From contig DATLMR010000369.1 in the NCBI GenBank assembly GCA_035537555.1, forward strand, positions 1-54,394: a stretch of 54,394 nt of DNA, given 5' to 3'. This stretch comes from Blastocatellia bacterium (GTDB lineage Bacteria > Acidobacteriota > Blastocatellia > UBA7656). Both the position numbers and the translations under genes were made by a program. This document shows, piece after piece, positions 47,843-54,394 of this stretch (within the stretch, counting starts at the first letter, position 1; each line of letters begins with the position of its first letter). The notes under the pieces are model-generated. The model was not told the origin of the DNA, ran no database searches, and saw nothing but the letters and a program-made list of their open reading frames with translations.

Positions 47843-48679
47843 ATGACCTACATTGAAGATTCTATCTGCACGGCCGACAGGTTGCGACTCTACACGACAA
47901 GGCACGAAGCGGCGAATGCTCGCGCCGACGTGGTCGTTGTTCACGGGCTGGGCGAGCACAGCGGCCGTTACTTGCCCCTGATCAACTACCTCGTTCAGAG
48001 AAACTATTCGGTGACGGCATACGACCATCGAGGCCATGGAAAGTCCGAAGGCTTGCGCGGGCACGTCGAGAGATTCACGGATTACGAAGACGACCTCGAC
48101 CGGGTCCTCACTTCTGTCCAGCGGCACGGGAGCAGCCGGGGCACGTTCATAATCGGCCACAGCATGGGCGGGCTCGTCACGCTGCGCTACGCCGCGAAGA
48201 ACGGCTCGCGGTTGGCAGGCGCGGTCGTTTCAGCTCCGGCAATAAAGATCGCGACGAGAGTGCCTTCGGGGAAGCTGATGGTCGCCCGCATCAGCGCGAT
48301 GATTGCGCCGAGATCGAGGGTCGACAACGGGATCGATCCGTCTATCTTGAGCAAGGACCCTGAAGTCGGGAAGGCGTACGCGGCGGACCCCCTGGTCAAC
48401 CGGCTCGTGAGCGCGCGATGGTTCGCCGAGATCACGGAAGCGATGCGGGAAGCCCGGGGGATCGGCTCGTCTTTGACTCTCCCTTTGCTCGTTTTGCAGG
48501 GAACCGGCGACAGGCTGATCAGCGAGGAGGGCACGAAGCGTCTGTTTGAAGCTGTAGAGTCGAAGGACAAGGAGTTGAAGCTCTATGCGGGCTACTACCA
48601 CGAGCTGTTCAACGAGCCTGAAAAATGGGAAATATATGAGCTTGTAGCCGACTGGCTGGATGCGAGAGCGGAGGCGTGA
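47843..48679 (+). CDS. Alpha/beta hydrolase (monoacylglycerol lipase / lysophospholipase-like)
   Basis: ATG at 47843 with GGAG 9 nt upstream. VVVHGLGEHSGRY, nucleophile elbow GHSMGG, and C-terminal YHELFNEPE. Confidence 0.8.
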   Translation: MTYIEDSICTADRLRLYTTRHEAANARADVVVVHGLGEHSGRYLPLINYLVQRNYSVTAYDHRGHGKSEGLRGHVERFTDYEDDLDRVLTSVQRHGSSRGTFIIGHSMGGLVTLRYAAKNGSRLAGAVVSAPAIKIATRVPSGKLMVARISAMIAPRSRVDNGIDPSILSKDPEVGKAYAADPLVNRLVSARWFAEITEAMREARGIGSSLTLPLLVLQGTGDRLISEEGTKRLFEAVESKDKELKLYAGYYHELFNEPEKWEIYELVADWLDARAEA

Positions 48680-48725
48680 TCCGGCTTTTTACTAGGCGCG
48701 CGAGCCGAGTAGCCTTCAGTGGTTA

Positions 48726-49565
48726 TCAAATGCCGTCCAGGTATTTCACGAAGATCAGCTCGTTATGTTTTTCGTTATATAGAAGCTCGTCGATAACCTG
48801 CGAAGCGACGAGGATGCCGAATCCCCCCGGCCTCAGCCCTTTCTCCTGTCTCACCTGCATATGTCGAACGGGGTTATCTTCGGGGTTCAGCACGGCCGCG
48901 TGCTGGATGTCTTCGATCTTGAACCCGTCGCCCGGGTCTTTTATCGAATAGATTATGGCTCGTTTAAGCCGCATGTATTTGACTTCGACTCGCTTGGTTA
49001 TGTCACACTTGCCGCCGTGCTCGATCGCGTTATTCAACATCTCACGGAATACCGAGCCGATCGCCTCCCTGGTGTCTCGCGGCAGCGTCCCTTCGAGTTC
49101 CGTGAGGAATTTTTGAATCGGCTCGACGGCATCGAGGTCGCATGGAACCCGGATTTCTATCCAGTCGGGTTTGGCTGAGATGATCTCGATCTGGCATTTT
49201 ACGTTGCGCTCGAGCGCCGACCGCACGGCCGTTCGAAGCTCGTCGACTCCAAACGGCTTGGAGAGGAAATCACAGGCTTGATTACGAAACGCGCCGATCA
49301 CCGCTTCGGGAGTACTGTTGCCGCTCATTATAATGGCCCGGAAGTTCGGTTGGACCAGCCGCGCCCGTTCGAGCAATTCGATTCCGTTCATACCCGGCAT
49401 GACGACATCGGTCAGGAGCACGTCTATGTGCTCGCGCTCAATTATGTCGAGGGCGGCGGTCCCGTCTCCCACGTCCAGGATTCGGTAGCCGTCTTTTGCG
49501 AGCGCCTCGCATAATATCCTGCGGCTCGTGGAATCATCTTCGGCGATGAGCAGAGTATTTTCCAT
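48726..49565 (-). CDS. Response-regulator receiver fused to RsbW/SpoIIAB-like HATPase (anti-sigma-type Ser kinase) domain
   Basis: Start taken at MENTLLIAEDD (an upstream ATG at 49595 is possible). REC motifs are DVLLTDVVMPGMNG and SKP. The C-terminal half has N-box EMLNNAIEHG, G1 DPGDGF and G2 GGFGI. Confidence 0.75.
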   Translation of the reverse strand: MENTLLIAEDDSTSRRILCEALAKDGYRILDVGDGTAALDIIEREHIDVLLTDVVMPGMNGIELLERARLVQPNFRAIIMSGNSTPEAVIGAFRNQACDFLSKPFGVDELRTAVRSALERNVKCQIEIISAKPDWIEIRVPCDLDAVEPIQKFLTELEGTLPRDTREAIGSVFREMLNNAIEHGGKCDITKRVEVKYMRLKRAIIYSIKDPGDGFKIEDIQHAAVLNPEDNPVRHMQVRQEKGLRPGGFGILVASQVIDELLYNEKHNELIFVKYLDGI

Positions 49566-50251
49566 GATGTCCTCGCTGCCAGTTACGACCGTCATGCGGA
49601 ATTTGGTTTCTCCCCGATATTCGATTCCCCGGATTAAGGTCCAGACCTGATGGCCGTCGTCTTCGGAGCTGACTGCTCTTTCGTTCGCGTATCACCTGAA
49701 AGTGCCGTCCGGCGCGGGCCGTGCGCCCCACCCGTTTTGCTCGCTTCGGCCTGACTCGCTGCGAGAGCGGCGGGAAGGCGAGCCGAAGGTGTATCCATAC
49801 TGTCTGCTCGCATCTTCTATCACGTCGCCACCGGGCAAAATGTTCCCCTGGATAAGCGGGCCAATGCTTGAGCCGGTTCATTGCGGGGCAGGCGATCTAT
49901 TCTTTCCAGTCTGTGCTCTATGAGTATCCCGCACTAGAGCCTTTTAAAGCAACTTCCCCGAACTCCGATCGGGGTCCGTGCCTCGCGCTGTCTATGCGGG
50001 TTTATTCCCCTCTCATTGCAATCGGGCGAAGATACCATGCCGGAGAATCAGGTTTCAACCGGCCGCGGGAGCTTAACGGACCGGCGGACCTCGCGTACTT
50101 GAATTAAGCGGCCGATCCGAATAATATCCCCACCTGGCGAAACGGACCCGGCTTAGACGCGTTATTGAGCAGCGCGAAATCCCGGTGAAATCGAATGGAT
50201 CGAAGAGCGGGCTCGGGTGAACGCGGGCGTGCTCGCCTGTCCCCAATAATT

Positions 50252-51370
50252 ATGGGCTCGAAAAGCAATGCCTATTTGAACGACACCGCGCCGATACGCT
50301 CGGGCGAGGAGCTCGATCTCGCGTCGCTTGAGCGATACCTGCGACTCCACCTTCCGGACCTGATGCCCGGGCAAGACCTCGATGATGCCCCGATTGAGCT
50401 TGAGCAGTTTCCCGGAGGCCATTCGAATCTGACCTACCTCGTGCGCCTGGGCGGGCATGATTTCGTCTTGCGGCGCCCTCCTTTCGGTCCGGTCGCTCCG
50501 ACCGCGCACGACATGCCGCGCGAGTTCAAGTTATTGCGAGAGATCAACCCGGTCTTCGCCCTTGCCCCGCGCCCGTACCTGCTTTGCGATGACGCGGACG
50601 TGATCGGAGCGCCGTTCTACCTGATGGAGCGCAGGCGCGGGCTGGTAATTCGCAGAGACGTTCCCCCCGAGATCGGGGAAGACGTGTCCGTGCGAAAGAG
50701 AGTAAGCGAAGCGATGGTCGATACCCTCGCTTCGCTGCATCGCGTCGATATTTACTCCGGGGGGCTCGCCAATATCGGAAAGCCCGTGGGCTTCGTATCG
50801 AGACAGGTGCGCGGGTGGACCGAGCGGTGGCACAGGTCAAAGACGAGCGAGCTCCCGGAGATCGAAGGGGTGATTTCCTGGCTCGGCGACCGGATACCCG
50901 CCGAGCCCGACGCGGAAGCGGGAAGGCCCGCGACGCTCGTTCACAACGACTTCAAGCTGGACAACGTGATGCTCGACCCGTCCGACCCGGCGCGCGTGGT
51001 CGCCGTCCTCGACTGGGAGATGTGCACCGTGGGCGACCCTCTTATCGACCTCGGCATCTTTCTCTGTTACTGGGCGATGAAGGACGACCCGGAGGCGCGA
51101 AGAGAGTCGATCAGCCCCGTCACGACTCAGCCGGGCTGGCTGAAACGGTCTGAGATTGCCGAGAGGTACTCCGAACAGACCGGCCGCGACGTTTCGGGGA
51201 TTGCCTTCTATGAGACCTTCGCACTATTCAAGGTGGCGGTCGTCCTTCAGCAAATCTATTTTCGGTACGTTCGCGGCCAGACGCACGACGAGCGATTCAA
51301 AGACTTCGGCCGCCGGGTGGAAGGTCTCGCCAGGGCCGCCCACGATCTGGCGATGAATTCCGGGATCTGA
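50252..51370 (+). CDS. Phosphotransferase (APH/ChoK-like kinase; ACAD10/11-LvaA-like subgroup)
   Basis: Start taken at [26 protein letters not shown], catalytic loop [13 protein letters not shown], and DWEM. Confidence 0.8.
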   Translation: MGSKSNAYLNDTAPIRSGEELDLASLERYLRLHLPDLMPGQDLDDAPIELEQFPGGHSNLTYLVRLGGHDFVLRRPPFGPVAPTAHDMPREFKLLREINPVFALAPRPYLLCDDADVIGAPFYLMERRRGLVIRRDVPPEIGEDVSVRKRVSEAMVDTLASLHRVDIYSGGLANIGKPVGFVSRQVRGWTERWHRSKTSELPEIEGVISWLGDRIPAEPDAEAGRPATLVHNDFKLDNVMLDPSDPARVVAVLDWEMCTVGDPLIDLGIFLCYWAMKDDPEARRESISPVTTQPGWLKRSEIAERYSEQTGRDVSGIAFYETFALFKVAVVLQQIYFRYVRGQTHDERFKDFGRRVEGLARAAHDLAMNSGI

Positions 51371-51388
51371 ATTTCGATAGGGGAGACT

Positions 51389-52102
51389 GTGAGCCTGATA
51401 TATCTGGTCCGCCACGCGCAGGCGGGCACGCGCGACAACTACGACGTTTTGTCGGACCTCGGGCGTGAGCAAGCCCGCCTGCTGGGCGACAATCTCGTCT
51501 CTCAGGGCATAAGCCTGGGCGCTGTCTATTCAGGAAGCTTGCAAAGGCAGCGGCTCACGGCAGAGATCGCGTGCTCGGCTTTTTCCAGGGCGGGCCTCTC
51601 TCATCCCGACGTCGTGACCGATCATCGCTGGGACGAGTTCAACCTGCGCTCGATATACGTGGCGATCTCGAAGCGCCTGTGCGAAGAGAGCTCCGAGTTC
51701 GCGCGAGATTTCGAGGAGATGGACGAAGCGCTCAGAAAAGACCCGCACACGACGCGGGGAGCGACGGGGCGATGCGACGCTGCCGTTATTCGCGCGTGGA
51801 TGGATAATCGCTACCCTGATTATCAGGGGGAGTCCTGGGCAGGATTTCGCGACCGTATCAAGTCCTGCCTCGCCGATTTCGAAAGCGGGGCCGAAAGCGC
51901 CGTCGCGGTTTTCACCTCGGCGACTCCGATCGCCATCCTCGCCGCTGCCTCTCTTGAGCTCACGGATGAGAAGTTCCTGAGCATCCTCGGCGTGATCTAC
52001 AATTCGAGCGTTACGGTCATCGGTTCCCGCGAGGGAGAGATGCGCCTGTTCAGCTTCAACTCGACTTCGCACCTGCCTCATTCGATAAGGACTCTGAGAT
52101 AA
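51389..52102 (+). CDS. Histidine phosphatase (phosphoglycerate mutase) family protein
   Basis: GTG start 18 nt after the kinase stop. N-terminus IYLVRHAQAG carries the RH catalytic motif. Confidence 0.7.
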   Translation: MSLIYLVRHAQAGTRDNYDVLSDLGREQARLLGDNLVSQGISLGAVYSGSLQRQRLTAEIACSAFSRAGLSHPDVVTDHRWDEFNLRSIYVAISKRLCEESSEFARDFEEMDEALRKDPHTTRGATGRCDAAVIRAWMDNRYPDYQGESWAGFRDRIKSCLADFESGAESAVAVFTSATPIAILAAASLELTDEKFLSILGVIYNSSVTVIGSREGEMRLFSFNSTSHLPHSIRTLR

Positions 52103-52109
52103 AAAGTAG

Positions 52110-52130
52110 GGGCGGCCGTAAAGGCCGCCC
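52110..52130. terminator. Bidirectional rho-independent-type terminator hairpin between convergent genes
   Basis: GGGCGGCC-GTAAA-GGCCGCCC (8-bp stem), flanked by an A-run upstream and a T-rich stretch downstream. Confidence 0.55.
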
Positions 52131-52142
52131 TGCCTTTCTCCG

Positions 52143-54394
52143 TCAGGCCGCTTTTTTCATCGCCTTTTTCTCACCCGGCCGATACGATCGCGTGCTCTTC
52201 TCTTTCACTTCCTGAAGCGTGAAAAGGGCAGGCTTGAACTGCTGCTTCGAGTAGAGCTTCGCCTGATCGAAGTAGTGGGGAGACTTCGGGTCCGCGCTCT
52301 GTCCGAACGCAAGGACGGACATGGCCTTCACGCTCGGGGCGAATTCGATTACGCTGACGAACGAATGCCCTACAAATCCGTACCGGCGCTTCTGCCCTTT
52401 TTCAGGCTTAGTATAAAAGTTGAAGACGATGCCGACAGGCCCCGGCGCGCCCGCGACGGGCAGGCTCTCCCGAGAATCGCTGAACGGCTCTTCGCCGCCC
52501 GTGTGAACTCTCTGAAGGCGATTGATCTCGCCCCAGGCCACGGCCCACGTGCCGAAATCCTTTTGCAGGTCGGCCATGGTCTGCTCGAGCGCCCGCATGC
52601 GAAGCCAGGGCTGGTTATCCTTGGCTGCGAGCATTCTCTGGCCTTTCTCGAACCAGAGGGCGAAAAGGGTCATACCTTTCGAGTCGATGGTGCTCACCCT
52701 GTTCCAGGACTTCAGCTCCGCGATCGCCGGGGCCAGCTTCTCGGCCCGCGCCGAATCGGACTCCTTGAGCTTCTCCCACTCGGAGGCGATCTGCGGGATA
52801 TACGTGTCGGCCTCGATAACGGTCGTATCGAACGCCGCCCGCGACCAGTCTTCGAACGTGAACTTCTCCCTGCTCCCGAGGATCTTTCGAGATATGCGGG
52901 CGCGCGCGTTGTCGTTCTCGCGAATCATATAATCGGGAAACGAGGCCTTTTCGGGGTTCCCTTCGGAGGTCGTGGTCAAAGGGGTCTGATTGCAATTCTG
53001 CATCCACCCCGTCTTAGGATTGATGAGCTGGGGCAGTTCTTCGAACTTGTGAAATCCCTGCCATTCGGTATCGGGGTTGCTGCCGTCGACGGGCTTCTTC
53101 CAATCGAACTTCGTGGACCTGCGCGGGACCGCGCCGTTGTAAACGTAAAAAATATTTCCTTCACGATCCGCGTACATCGTGTTGAACATCGGGATGGCGA
53201 GCCTGGAAATAGCGGCCTTGAACTCGGAGATGTTGCGCGCCTTGCTCATCGCGTACCATTCGTCGAGGAGGCCGCCTTCTTCCAGTCGCGCGAACTTCAC
53301 GGCCATTCGCTTGCCCTCGCGCACGGCGACGATCGGCCCGTGGTGCGTCTTCACGAACTTGTAAGTCTTCGACACCGCCGAATCGCCCGCCTTGATCTTG
53401 ATGACGTCCGTCCACTCCGTGGCCTTGCGGTGCTCGCTTCCGTACTTGTACGAGAGAGGATCCTGCGGATTGTCGAAATTCTCCGTGTAAACGTCCGCGA
53501 TGTCGGGGTCGTTTACCGTGTGACTCCATCCGAGGTTCTCATTGTGCCCGAGAGTGGGAAAGGGAGAACCGAAGAATGAAGCGCCCGACATGTTCCACCC
53601 TTCACCGCTTATCAGGTGGCCTTCGTACCACTGGCCGGGGCCGAAGAGAGGCTGGTGCGGGTTCACGAAAAGCATGGCGTGACCGGTCGCGCTCTTAGAA
53701 GGGCTGATGGCCCACATGTTAGAGCCGACCACGCTTCCGAGCGGGTCGGCTTCGCCCGAATCATCCTGAGAGACTTTCGTGGACGACGAGTTGGGGCTTG
53801 CCGGAGCGTCGGTATCCGCCTCGCGGACGGCCGCGCGAACCTCTTCTTTACGCAACCCGGTCTTCCCGTAAATGAACTGCTGGTAGAGCGAGAAGCGGCC
53901 CACGGCGTTGCCGAACCATGGCTCGAACCTGGAGATGAGTCGCGGCTTCACCTGCGGGTTCTGGGCCAGGTAGTAGTTCAAGGCGTCGGCGACAGCCGCG
54001 CCGAATTCCTTCATTCGCGGGCTGGATCGTTCATATTCCGCCTTCGCCAAGCGCGGGATCTCAAGCGCGCGGTTCACCAGATCGTTGGAAAGAGGGCTCC
54101 CTCCGTAAATGTAATTGGTGGCATCCTCGACCTTCCCGCCGTCCCCGTACACCTCGGCAGCGCGCCCGAGCGCCCGAATGACAGTGTCTTCGATCTGCCA
54201 GAAGTTGTCCTCGGCCTGGGCGTAGACATACCCGAAGATGCAGCTCGCATCGGTCGGCCCGTACACGTGCGGGACGCCATAACTATCGCGATAGATGGTC
54301 ACCGAGCTCGCGAGCTTCTCCGCTTTCCTGCTCGTGGCCGCGGCCTGCGAGGAAGGGATGCCTCCCGCGATGATCGCGAGCGCCAGGAGCGCCG
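52143..54394 (-). CDS. Penicillin acylase family (S45 Ntn-hydrolase) paralogue, 5' end outside window
   Basis: TIYRDSYGVPHVYG..YAQAEDNF, with the candidate nucleophile in VGSNMWAISPSKS. The frame stays open beyond the listed start at 54302 (..ALLALAIIAGGIPSSQAAATSRK, a signal peptide) to the window edge. Confidence 0.85.
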   Translation of the reverse strand, partial: ALLALAIIAGGIPSSQAAATSRKAEKLASSVTIYRDSYGVPHVYGPTDASCIFGYVYAQAEDNFWQIEDTVIRALGRAAEVYGDGGKVEDATNYIYGGSPLSNDLVNRALEIPRLAKAEYERSSPRMKEFGAAVADALNYYLAQNPQVKPRLISRFEPWFGNAVGRFSLYQQFIYGKTGLRKEEVRAAVREADTDAPASPNSSSTKVSQDDSGEADPLGSVVGSNMWAISPSKSATGHAMLFVNPHQPLFGPGQWYEGHLISGEGWNMSGASFFGSPFPTLGHNENLGWSHTVNDPDIADVYTENFDNPQDPLSYKYGSEHRKATEWTDVIKIKAGDSAVSKTYKFVKTHHGPIVAVREGKRMAVKFARLEEGGLLDEWYAMSKARNISEFKAAISRLAIPMFNTMYADREGNIFYVYNGAVPRRSTKFDWKKPVDGSNPDTEWQGFHKFEELPQLINPKTGWMQNCNQTPLTTTSEGNPEKASFPDYMIRENDNARARISRKILGSREKFTFEDWSRAAFDTTVIEADTYIPQIASEWEKLKESDSARAEKLAPAIAELKSWNRVSTIDSKGMTLFALWFEKGQRMLAAKDNQPWLRMRALEQTMADLQKDFGTWAVAWGEINRLQRVHTGGEEPFSDSRESLPVAGAPGPVGIVFNFYTKPEKGQKRRYGFVGHSFVSVIEFAPSVKAMSVLAFGQSADPKSPHYFDQAKLYSKQQFKPALFTLQEVKEKSTRSYRPGEKKAMKKAA

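Noticed and set aside
50142-50155. ACGGACCCGGCTTA resembles the conserved 3' P4 strand of bacterial RNase P RNA (ACAGAACCCGGCUUA).
   Set aside because: The obligatory 5' partner GGAAAGTCCGGGC and other universally conserved RNase P blocks (GGTAAGGGTGAAAGGGTG and similar) are absent from the preceding 400 nt on either strand.

Overview
Densely coding, high-GC bacterial chromosomal segment (about 60% GC by eye, not computed). It holds about 42 protein-coding genes and one tmRNA (ssrA, 13535..13887). I see no rRNA or tRNA genes, no CRISPR array, and no recognisable transposase, integrase or phage genes. Housekeeping anchors are murI-rph (4-nt overlap), truB, rlmB, ssb, ssrA and an EF-G2-type paralogue. 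The rest is rich in exported or membrane proteins: a BNR/Asp-box propeller, TPR proteins, a VIT-vWA protein, a PafA-like phosphatase, two S45 penicillin/AHL-acylase paralogues and two MFS transporters. It also carries the PrkA-YeaH-SpoVR triad. The content would fit a soil Acidobacteriota-like genome, but that is inference only. I did not find a self-evident new multi-gene system. The best candidates for something undescribed are: (i) a lower-GC patch at 20.2-24.7 kb with a membrane-anchored TPR-CHAT caspase-like protease (intact His/Cys dyad) followed by an unrecognisable 217-aa protein; (ii) a tightly coupled operon of PafA-like phosphatase, secreted TPR protein and an orphan tandem SagB/ThcOx nitroreductase, with no YcaO or precursor peptide; (iii) a signal-peptide-bearing LanC-like protein with a Cys-for-His change in the third zinc motif and no lanthipeptide genes; (iv) a D1-only Clp/Hsp100 AAA+ protein; (v) a REC-RsbW-like kinase fusion beside a ~650-bp non-coding gap. 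There are also several unexplained structured non-coding stretches: a hairpin cluster at 16.77-16.92 kb, a 384-nt leader before prkA, and a 13-bp perfect inverted repeat after ssb. All functional calls come from motif recognition in the translated ORFs, not from database searches.
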